From NCBI GenBank assembly GCA_051362555.1, contig CM120645.1:12586001-12650000 (forward strand): 64,000 nucleotides of DNA, given 5' to 3'. The position numbers were made by a program, and so were the translations under genes. Below, piece by piece: positions 48,321 through 60,400 of the stretch (within the stretch, counting starts at the first letter, position 1; each line of letters begins with the position of its first letter). The notes under the pieces are model-generated. The model was not told where the DNA came from and searched no databases. It saw only the letters and a program-made list of their open reading frames with translations. This stretch comes from Lingula anatina. Lineage: Eukaryota > Animalia > Brachiopoda.

Positions 48321-51300
48321 CTTTGCAGTTTTTTTATCTGCTCTGTCAATGAAAAAATGGAGTAAAAATGTTCAGTCCCGTTTTTCGCTCTGTGTACGTC
48401 GCACGAAATTCTGGCCAGTAGTGACAATTGATTCCCTTGCGGGATTACACCATTGGTTGGAGTGTCGACCTTGGCAACGTCACAATATGTACTAACTGGG
48501 CCCTGCGTTGTCAAGAAAAAGCGGTCAGGTCGTTATGGACTTAAGACAAGTGTGATTTTCTACCATGCAGAACAAACAGTGAAAGTTATTCATTGTTATT
48601 TGGTTGAAGTGGCGCTCTGGTTCCATCAGATAGATACAATGCTGGAACCAGACCGCAGCTACACAGGTGCTAATACTGCCTGGAGTTCTTGCAGCTTCAC
48701 AGAAACGATTATTTTATTTTTTAAGAATATGGATATATATATTTTTGTATGTAATATCAATACGAGTCACCGGGTCGTATTAGGAATACTTGGAGGGGTA
48801 GGGGTAGAAGTTAGGGCAATGGTCAAGTTCACTCTTGTGCATTGACCAGACTACATCACCTAAGCGCTGGTGATGTTATGTGAACACTTTGATACATTTC
48901 TTACCGTAAAAATTAATTCTACATCATAGTTTAATGCTGGTGTGAAAACATATCTCCTCATTGTTTTGGCGGCCCTCAAGATCTGTACCCAGCCACTTAA
49001 GAGGAGGGTCTCTTTTCTGAAATAAGTGATCGTTTTACCATTTCATGTGACCCACCCTGAGAAACGGTATAGAAATAACATCACATTTTGATTAAAAGCG
49101 GCCCTTTTCAAAAAAAAAAAAAAAAAAAAAAATGACAACCCCTTATCTCACCCCACCCCACCCCACCCTCAGTTCCTAACACAATCAAATTACAACATCC
49201 AATTTTTTGGGATAACTTATTAATGCCTTCAGTTTTTCGATGCATTCAATCGAAGTATAGGTCAACAGTTTTGACGATAGCATTTACTATAATTGATCAA
49301 ATGCGCCTAAGTTGTAGTATTACATCATTTCGGCAGTAATAAGGTGCTCTATCAGTGTCAATACCCGACCTTGACCGGACACATAGTGTCAATACCTAAT
49401 AAGGGTAACGGTCAAGGTTTGACCAAAAGTAGGTAAACTCAATATGCCAGTATTACATCACAATAAAGTGCGCCCCATGAAAGGGCGCAGATTTTAACAT
49501 GTTTATGTAGTATTGTTATTGCGTATAGTCTTGCTTTGCATCAACGTGCACTGAATAGTCTATCTGGTGCACATACACTGAATAATCTAGAGCACATACA
49601 CTTTATAGTATATATGGTGCTTGCATTTTTCTTTTAACTCTCTTCAGCGTTTTTGCTTGTCGTTCCGTTGGCCTGGAGCGAAAATAGATTCCATTAAAAT
49701 TTAAGGAAAATGAAGTTTATAGCGTGTAATTAGTCATATCCAAAATAAATTAAATGTCAAAGAAAAATATCGATTTTTGCCCTCGTTTATGAGCAATAAG
49801 AACTTTCAGACAGTGAAAAGTGCATCAAAGTAAGATAGGCATTTTCCTCTTCATGCTCTCTTGCCAGAAGTCTTTCATGAAGTTACCTGAATCATGAATG
49901 GATCTTACATCACTGACCGCTAAGAATCGATTCCCGATGCGCTGTTACCAATTCATATATCCAATTAGTAGCCTTGGCGTCGCTTCCTCATTGTGGACAT
50001 CAATTTCTGCCCGTGGTTCTATGTGGCAAGAATCCAAAAATGACCGAAGAACCCGTCGAAAAAAAAAAAAAAAAAAAAAAAAAAACACGAAGGGTTGGTG
50101 TCATTATTATTCACCTGCTTTCATTTTACTTGCTATCAGAGTATAATTTTTCATATATATTTTGGTTTTTAAGGAACTAGTTGTTCACGCTTATTAATAA
50201 TCATAACACGGTGTTTGATTAATAATGTAAGTGTTTAACCAAGGGCAAGTGTTTCCTGGAACGAATTGATCTGTATTGTCAACAATAACTTAGAGATAAC
50301 AGGGCAACAATAGTCATATTTCCATATGACCATGTGGAACCAACAATGCATTTCCTGGAGAAAGTGAAAGACAAAGAACCGAAGATTTTCACAGACATGT
50401 CTATCATTCAGTCTCGGACATGTCACAGTAAAACAACCCATTGCCGTATATTGACCGAGGCTTTTACTGTCAAAGATTTCAAAGGGAATTAAGATGTTTG
50501 CGAGAGAGAAATGAAGTCCACTGTTTTGCAATTTATTGCCTTGTATTTCAGTATCGAATTTGTTTTTACTTGATTGTCTCTACTTCTGTGTAGGGCTTTT
50601 TCGCGAAGCTTTTTCTTTGTTTCTACCTTTATCCATCATCTGGCTTTGAGAGCGAGAAATGTTAAGTTCAATACCAAATCCCCTTTATCCATTCCTTGTT
50701 TTCCTTCTTGGCGCTCTAGACAACCCGCCTAGTTGCTGTAAAAATATTTCACATCATTCAGATAAAAAAAAAAACTTTCATGCAGGTTTTCTTGTTTTTT
50801 TTTTTAAATAATTATTATCTACTAGTGCATCTTACCATTGCATTTCAGATGGGTTCACCTTGAGCCGCAGAGACAGCGAGCGGCGATATATTCCCAGGCA
50901 TAACAATAACAAGCATTGTCTTTGACGAAAAAATATAAGAATCCTCCCCCTCCCCCCTCATCTACCCAGGAAGCTACGTGCTTGCTCGACGACGCAACGC
51001 CCATGCTCTTGATATTAATTATGAAAGAGCTGGCTAATATTTCTAAGAGTATTCAATCGATTCAAGTGCTCAGGGAAGATCGTATTCATTAATTTTCAAT
51101 AGAGGTCTGATTATCTAGCTCAAGCTATCAAGTCTTGCTGTAGTACATTTAAAAAAAATTACAGGCAGGAAGAGTGAATTAAAATATGAATATCATATTA
51201 TATTATATTAGTTAATTATCCTTATGAGCCATGGTCGGCTCATAAGGCTTGTCAGCATCCTCCGCCATCTCGTTATATCTTGTGCAATTTTATATTATCT

Positions 51301-51583
51301 TTTAAAGGTTTTTTTTTAGTAAATAAGTAATAATTATATTATATTATATTATATTATATTATATTATATTATATTATATTATATTATATTATATTATATT
51401 ATGTTGGTCGGTAGATAGAAACTCTCCATAAGATTGGAGTTCCTAAGCGTTATAATATTAGAGATACATTCCTTGTCTTCACTGAGACTGACACTAAAAA
51501 TAATGCTTATTAAAGAAGAGGCGCCTTGGGTTTTGCCAGGAGGCAATACACGTTTTTAATTCAGGTTAAGGAAGATGGTCTCT

Positions 51584-51758
51584 CAGGCCCGAAGCCAGGG
51601 GTGTTCGGGGGGGGGGGGGGGGGTTCAACCACCCTTTTTGCCGTGGAAAGGTCCCTTCTGGGTAAAAATTTATCTAGGTACATGAAGGTTTCATGGTAAA
51701 AGATCCACATTTTCAGAAAAAGCCCCCCCCCCTTTTGAATTTGCTGTCTACCGGCCTG
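51584..51758. mobile_element. hAT-like MITE, homologue of 13531-13698
   Basis: Termini CAGGCCCG...CCGGCCTG plus shared internal sequence. Confidence 0.6.
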
Positions 51759-52676
51759 TAATTCTCTAACATACAGTAACTTGGGTTAACCCACTCTAAA
51801 ATTAAGTGAAGAGGAGCATTTACTTAAGAACGCGACGGTTTATCTAATTATCTAAATAATATCTCGAAGCGAATCCACGAGAAAAATTATTAAGAAAAAT
51901 CTTAGTGAAAACTAGATCCAAACACTAGTCTTAGCCGTTGGCTTTAAAACGTATGTAAACAACCATTTAATCTGTTATGACAATGAAATTGCTGGGGCGT
52001 TATAAGTGACTAAGGCGAGGGCGTAAGTCAAATTATTTGGAATAGAATGTATAAAGGAGAGGCAGCGAATGAAAACACACCTTTCCTTCCCACAAGTAGT
52101 ATATACAGAGAATTAGAGGCATTCTTTTTTCTTTATACAAACAAAATGTAAACAAAACCCCCCGACCTTGGCATAAATAGGACCTGAAAAATAGCTCGTT
52201 GAAGGGTATCTGTAAAAACAGTACATAGTTTAAAAAACGAGTTCTATTATATATTTTGGTAGGGGAATCAGTGTTATGATGGGTAATTTTTCTAACCCTA
52301 ATCCTCTCGGCTCCCAATAGAATAAGTCAAACAGATATGACGGCAAAATTTAATTTCAAATTTAATTCTGATGGACTGCAAGCAAGGCAAACACTTAAAT
52401 TTTTTAAGCTACCCTCATATAAATTCTTTTTCAAGAACCCTTGCAACCCCCGGCCCCTCTCCTTCTTTCTCAGCCTGAGGGTCGGGTATTGTACTATAAC
52501 TATTGACTAAAATTGGATTCCCCACATTGGATTCCCCACTTCTGAAAGACGCATATCACATGTATCCTAGAAAAATCATAGAAAAGGTAGACGTTATGTC
52601 ACTCGCAGTGGTACATTGATCAAATGTAAGAATTACAGTAATCGCTATGTACGCATCCATGGTTAAAAAGACGTCT

Positions 52677-52711
<35 letters not shown>

Positions 52712-53487
52712 CAATGTGGAGGTTTTGGAAATTTATTTTTACAAACAGCCAAAAAGTCTTAATTTACCCGTTCGTGATTGGTAACATTAATACATTTATG
52801 AAATATATCACAGTTATGCTTGAATCGACACATTGCTATGTGATGTGCAATCGCACGATACGTTACTCAATACAGCATGGATTCTAGAAGTATAATAGTG
52901 CTACAGGAGTACAATTCATCAATAAATGTAATCAATAAGTTCACCTAATAGGGTAGATCAAATAGCGCTCAGATGGAATGCGCATATTTTTTTCTGAAGT
53001 GAAGTGAAAATTACATCATCATCATCATCATCATCATCATCGAGGACCGTTTAAAATACCCAAAAGAACAAAACGCCAGTATCTCAAGATTCCTCACAAG
53101 ACGCTGTAAATTCCAGAGTTGTTACATATGCACATGCTGAACGTCTTATCTTAAACTAAAATATACGTAGCCATTTATAGTCCAATCTATATCTCTTTTT
53201 TTTTTTTTTTAATTCCCTTTTGTTTAAATGTTTGTAATTATAAAGAAAATCTATGATAATCCACTGTGATGTCTTTTAATCAATGTCGTTAGATCCATTT
53301 GGTTGTTTTCGAAGGAACGCTCTCGATAACATAATCGCAATTCCAAAATTATTTTGTTTAATTTTCCACTGTCCAAGTCCAGTCTGAATATGAAAGAGGG
53401 CCGCTTATGTACTTGTCACAGCATACTTGAATCTCCCGACTGGAATTCTGCCGCTAGAAGAGCATGTGACGTCGCATGTTTCTTTCA

Positions 53488-54331
53488 TCATTTCTTGAAG
53501 GCCGTAAAGAACAAGCTGCAGGCTTCACACATCGGGTCACACAGACAGTGGATGCAAGTGGAATAGAACTTCTTGAAGCAGCCCAAGTTGATTTCGCAAG
53601 CCTTGTACATCGGGGTATAGTGCCAGATGTGGCTGAAGGCGATGCCAGCGAACTCGCAGCCCCAGCAGAGGGCGACAAAGATGCCGCAGAGAAGAGTGAG
53701 GATCTTGTAGCAGAGATTTTTGCCACAAGTGAAGCACTTGTAAGAGTTGGTCCAGACGCAGTCAATGCTGTGAGTTCCATCGGGCTCGGCGAAGATTTCT
53801 TCAAAGTCCACCTAAAGCGCAAAACCAAATCATGTCAAACTGATAAAAAAAGAACAAATGCGATAAGTTGTCAATTTTTGTGAAGGAAATTCTAATTTCG
53901 GTTATTTAAAACCGTTATCTGTTACTTATCCATGCAAAAATTGGAAATAAGATATTTCTGGGCGCAAACATTATTCTATCCAATGGACTGCATAGCTTTT
54001 TGACAAAAGCAACCCTTTTCACAAAAATACTTAAATAAGAAATATGTAATAAAAACACCGAAAGAGCAATTCTTTGTATAAAAAAATTAGCAAAATAATT
54101 ATAATAAATTCATTGATTAAAAAAATTAATATGTGATGCTTTTCTTTTCTTCAGAAACAACATAAATATTCTAAACATTGTCGATCAAGAGATAAATCCT
54201 AATTGATCTTCTCTCAATTTTATGTATCAAATTTTTTTATAACTTACCGTTAAATAATGGTAAATATTAGTGGGATCTCTGTTAACGAGATCGATGTGAT
54301 CAGAACTCGGAACAGTTGCTGGGTCCGACAT
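53488..54331 (-). CDS. Caveolin-like protein (CAV-a, 135 aa, 2 coding exons)
   Basis: Exon 54331-54248 (MSDPATVPSSDHIDLVNRDPTNIYHYLT) spliced phase 0 to exon 53811-53488 (VDFEEIFAEPDGTHSIDCVW...AFKK*); TATAAA on the minus strand at 54480-54475. Confidence 0.92.
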
Positions 54332-57300
54332 CTTAGTATCACTGTATTAATATAATTTTTTTTCAAGAATTTCTTTGAATTCTGTGTGCCTAATGGCAAG
54401 ACTGCAATTAATCCTCCGGCTATGTGTTTGCTGCGGCGTGCTGTTTTAGTGTAGATCTGTCGTGAAGGGCACGGTTTATATGGGGAACCCTGTACAAATA
54501 CTGTCAATGTGGACATTAAGCCTTAAAGGGCGCGCAACTCTCTCTCATTGCTCTCTCGTTCTCTCTCTCTCTTTCAGTAATCCACCGTTGCAATGACAAG
54601 TACGATGACCCTTGAATAAATTAACTTGCATTAGTTAGCGGGCAGGAATGTTCGATTTGCGTTTCAAGTCACTGATGCCATACAAATGCTGGAGTTGTCA
54701 GTATTTGTTGGATTTGGAAACATTTTTACTTTTATTGGAAAAGAAATTGGTCGATAAATATGTTGATATAAGAAACTTGGTATGTTTTATTCTGATGTAC
54801 CTTGAGTTACGATATAAATATATTTCATACTCGTTAAAATTTGGCGAATAACCATGATAGATCAATTGCTGGTCTTCTGTATAAAAAGTAGAAATAAAGC
54901 AGCAGGAACTGAAATGCTAAATTGACCAAAGATCATGACCATGAGAACTGCAAGTTCATATATTGGAAGCATTATATTACCCTTTTACATCAAGCAAGTT
55001 TTCACAATCGAATTTTTCTAGAGTATCTTTTACATGTGTTATTTAAATAGAAATCGTTCTAAATGCAAAACACAGCATTAGATAATAGATCAATTTTTTT
55101 TTTTCGAATGTATTGGTTCGCAAAAGACATATTTTGGTACAAAAATTATTCTTGTTCAGTAATCGTGTCAATTTCGCAGTTTTATATATTTACTTATTAA
55201 TTCAATTATTTTTACAATTTTCTACACATTTCACAAGCTTGATCATTCTAAGCCAGGAAACGGCTGATTACATAAGAATATCACCACACATTGCCATACG
55301 TGACTACAACGTTTACTATTTGTGTAGCGTGAAAAATGCCAAACACAACCAGCCATTGGCTCTTAATTCAAAGTCATGTTAATAAGGCGGCCACTTGCGG
55401 GAGATACACGAGTCAGTTACCAACAACAAAGGCTTAAGTCCTTGACACCGAGAGCGAGGGTAAGCGATCTCTACATGCCTTTCGTATTGTTGGGAGGTGT
55501 CACACAAAGCTGGTTGTTGTCCCAACTCTCGCTTTCTGTTTGTCCTCGCGATTACGGCATAGGTTGCTAATGGTTAAAGCGACCCAGTGACAATCACAAT
55601 GACGTAACTGCATGACAACAGACGTCCACAATGGGTATCTTCAGGTTTAAGTCATCTTGATCGTGTCATCTTTTTTTTTATGGAAAACCCTAGGATACAT
55701 ATTCACTGCACGTGTGGCAAATATGCTAAGAGGCAATAATCCCAAGTTTTGTACTGAACATAAAGCAATAGAGTGGAAATAAAACAACACCAAAGAGTCG
55801 GTGTAAAATAATCTCTTCCCAGACACACGTCTGTTGTGTTGACACAATTATTTTTATAGATACATGTACTAGTACAAAGATCTCCATTTCATAGATTCGT
55901 GATAATGATGTGGGGATCTGAATAGCTGGTTTTCTCCCCGTCCCACCCGTCTTTTTATTATTCTCCTTCATCACTACCACCATCAAAATGCATTACATGG
56001 CCTCAGAGGCTCGTTAAAATCATGAGTGAAGTCACACACTGCCATACTGATACATTCCTTGGTTATATATCATTCATTAGTCATAACAACAGATCTTTAA
56101 TGAAGCTGGTTTGCAGATCAAACTATGTTGACAATTGTCGGTTAAAATGTACCTTCCATCCTCTGCCTTACTTTTAAAGTGAGTCGAACCACGTACAGGT
56201 GTTTTAATTGGACATTGAACGGTTAAATGATACCTTTTTCTGTCTTACTTTTCTATTGTTCTTACGTATTTGCATTATTTTCTATATTATTTCCCTACCC
56301 TTTATACGTCTTATCGAAATGGTTACTTTTAGGCCTTTTTTCTGCGTTGTTTTCAACACTCATTTCATGACTAATATTTTTCTTGGTTCCTTTTTGCGTA
56401 TGGTACTCGGTGCTTTTACTCGGCCCATAAACTTTCTTTTGCTAAAGATGGATGAAAATTCCCGTTTGTTTAAAATCAAACTTACTTTTTATTTTGCTAA
56501 AAAAATTAACATGTGTACAGAGTCATTAATACAATAAGGCCTATAGTTAGTAGGTCCTATTGTAGGTAGTGTATTGTTAAAAACGGTTTCGTTCCTATAA
56601 ATGACGATATAAGAAATGCTTTATTTTAAATCCACCTCTATAATATTGATCTTGCCTTAAGCTGAATGAAAATCACCATGCATATATAACGATTTCAAAG
56701 AGTAGAAAAAAAGACACAATAACGACTTAAAAGTACCCTGGAATTTTTCTTACGCTCTTCACGACAAGGCGAACCACTAAACACGTACCACGTAGGGGTT
56801 TTCTTAATTTTTTATATAAAAGAAATGCTTCTAATACAAGTTTTTCTGTAGGCATAATATTGAAGATAAATAATGTTTAGTTATTTCCGGGATGTTTTAC
56901 TGGCACACACGCAAAAAAATGCTCAACTGTAGCATCACCGTGATAAGTAAAAGAGCCAAGGATAGTACAATAATGGGAACCTTTCAAAATATAAAACCTG
57001 GTTCCAGTAGGTTCTGCACATATTAGACGACGGAGACATGGCGACAGAATGCAGGATGCTAGCTTAATAGCTATGCAGCCATAGCTACAAATACGGACCT
57101 AATACAAAATCAAGACACTCCCCCTAAATAGCATTCGGGTGGGTACTGTGACATATGGGCAACACAGGCAGCACCCCCCCCCCCCCCCCAACCCCATATA
57201 GGCCTACAAGCCTCACCAACCATCGATATCATGGCTTCGTTTTGTTCATAGATATTTACACAGTGTTCTGCATACAGGAGCACAACCAAGCATTGGAACA

Positions 57301-57483
57301 GGATACTATCCAAATTCAATACTGTTGACGCTCCCCTTGTTTGAAAGCACAAAAGTAGTCAAAACACTTTAAGTGTAGGCCTACGGCCAGTGGGTGACCA
57401 ACGAGTAGTTGAGATTGTCTTGGCGAGAACGAGCTTTGGCAGTATCGGTGCATAGTAAAGATTGCGGGTCAAAATCTCTCAAA

Positions 57484-60400
57484 ATGCAAGTTAGGGGGTG
57501 GGGTAGTTTGTTGATGCAGTCGGTGCTTATCCTTTTGCTTGTGCTGCAAACATGTGCAACCAAGAAGGGTCCCCCAAATATCGTGTTCATACTCACAGAT
57601 GATCAAGACACTGTCATTGGAGGAGAGGTAATATATTATGTATTGCAGATATGAGTAATGTTTTGTATTGTCACGAGATCTTTTTAAGATGTCTACCAGT
57701 TAAAAAGCCAAAAATGGCCAATGGGATATTGTAAATGGTGTAAGATGAATCGGTATTTAAGTGATTTTGCATAAAAAAATAGTCACCAACGTAGCTTGTT
57801 GTAGAACAAAAAGAGTGCATTAAAAATACATTTGTAGCGTCACATGATTGCAAGAGTCACATGTACATATATACATGTATATGTTGTACAAGTATTGACA
57901 CCATTGCTATTTTCCCCGGAACAAACTTATTCAACAAACGTCTGACAATCACATTTCTTAAGCTGACAGTTATGACAACTTTTTGCCTTAACGAGTGTCG
58001 ATGATGAATTATAATAGTAAATTACACACGTAGTAAATTAAAGCCCATTGGTAAAGGCATGACACTTTTACTGATACTAATGCTACAAGGTTCTCATTAG
58101 GCATGGTAGGTGGGTGAGTAGTGATTTGCTTTGCCATCTTTTGAGTCAGAACTAAAAGTGCAAGGAATAAATAGATACTGTAAATGGTGCTACAGATTAC
58201 AGGGTCTAGAACCAGCATATGCTGTACATTGACTCATATTGTATGTTTTTTTTTTTTTCAGACACCAATTACAAAGACCAAGAGGTTAATTGGAGATGAA
58301 GGGATAATTTTCAGGAATATGGTATGTTTGAACTGAGCATCGGTGGAGTGTGGATTCCCTGTAATGTATATAAACCACTTCTACTTGTTTTTTATACTGT
58401 ACAACACAAATTGCACATGCCAAGGGATAAACTAAATAATTCGCTTGATCAACCATAAAAAAGCTGTAAGCTGCTCCTTTCTAGAAATTTTTGGTCGTAA
58501 ATTTAACCTTCTTATCTGACCTGCTTACATGTATTTGCCCCATTTATATACAGCATAGAAAGCTAGGAGAAAAATCTGTTCGAATATCATTTTTCAGGTA
58601 CAGTAATATAAAGCAATATCTTTTGGTTATTTTCTTAATTATACTATTTGAAATTATATGCTTGAACTTTTTTTGGCTTTTCTAGCAAAAATTGACTTCA
58701 TATGCACCTTTAATTTATTATTCAGTTTGCCACCAGCCCATTGTGTTGCCCGAGTCGATCCAGTATTCTCACTGGGAACTATGTCCACAACCATGGTGCT
58801 GTCAACAATAGCGTGGACGGGAACTGCAGTAGCCCCACCTGGCAGAATCAATCAGAGACGAGGGCCTTTATCACGTATCTCAAAAAACAAAAATACACCA
58901 CTTTTTTTGCTGGGAAATATCTAAATCAGGTTGGTACATGTAACTTTTTATTTTTACAAGTAATTCAAAAATTGTTTTAGCATTTCTTCAGTAAATACTT
59001 AGGATATTCAAGGCATAATATAAATAAATAAATATATTTTTTATTATTCTTTATTTTCATTTTTCATGGTTGACTTTATTCTTACTTTATGAACCTAGTT
59101 TATTCTTACTTTATGGGCCTCAGTCTTGTATTTTTTGGCCAAAAACACTATTTTCTGATGACATGGGCTTAGAAATAGAAATTGTTTTAGGCCATTTTCA
59201 ACTGGATGTGTGTGTCTTCTATTCCAGTATGGCAAGCCTGAGACAGGGGGCCCAGAACATATACCACCTGGCTGGGACTGGTGGAATGGTTTGGTAAGCT
59301 AATATAACTAGAAAACCACTTCACTCTGAGTATCATAGGTCACTGAATGGCATGAAGTGTTCAAGTCATAGGACGATGGGCCACACATATGATGTGGGTC
59401 ACATATCATGTCACATGTCACACATAATGGGTCACACTTCATGTCATGTATCACACATCATTGGTCACACATATCATGGGTCACATGTAATGGTTCATAT
59501 CATGTCATGGGTCATGTCTGTGTAAATGCATTTTTCATGGTGTTTGTCCCCAACACAGACCAGAGTTTTCATCCCACAAAAAGTTGAGGACAGAATCAGT
59601 CATGGTCACTTACTCTTACAGATACAAAACAGCAATCCAAAGTGAAGTGCTTATTGAATGTTATCTGGTTTTCTTAGGTTGGTAACTCCAAATATTACAA
59701 TTATCACCTGTCTGTGAATGGAACAGTAGAGAACCATAGGGACAACTACCAGAATGACTACTTTACTGACATCATTGTAAGTACTGGCACTACCTTACTG
59801 ACATTATATAAAATAAGTACTGGTACTACTAGCATTACTGATGTCATTGTGCGTATAAACACTACCTTACTGACATAGTAGTCTTTGACAAACTAAGATA
59901 TTTGTTATTGATTATAATTATATGACTTGGAAACACTATGATATTTACAAATTTGATATTTACATGTGCTATTTAAGAAAAGGCACAAGTTCAAGATTAT
60001 GCATGGCTGTTCACAAAATGGGGGGGGGGGAAGATAATACAGGTACTTGATAAATACATTTAATGAAGCTACAAAATATTTTTTTACAATGCAGAACAAA
60101 AGAGCAGAGGAATTCCTTCAACTGCAGTCACCTGATTCAGGACCCTTCTTCATGATGCTGTCCACCCCAGCCTGCCACGCCCCCTTTACCCCAGCCCCCC
60201 AGTACAATAACAGTTTTAATGACACCAAGGCACCAAGGAATGGAAGCTTTAATGTTTATGGGAAGGTGAATGCTTCATTGCAGACTGAATAACCTCTCTC
60301 CCTCTCTCTCTCGATATGTCTTATATTATATTATATTATATTATATTATATTATATTATATTATATTATATTATATTATATTATATTATACTATATTATA

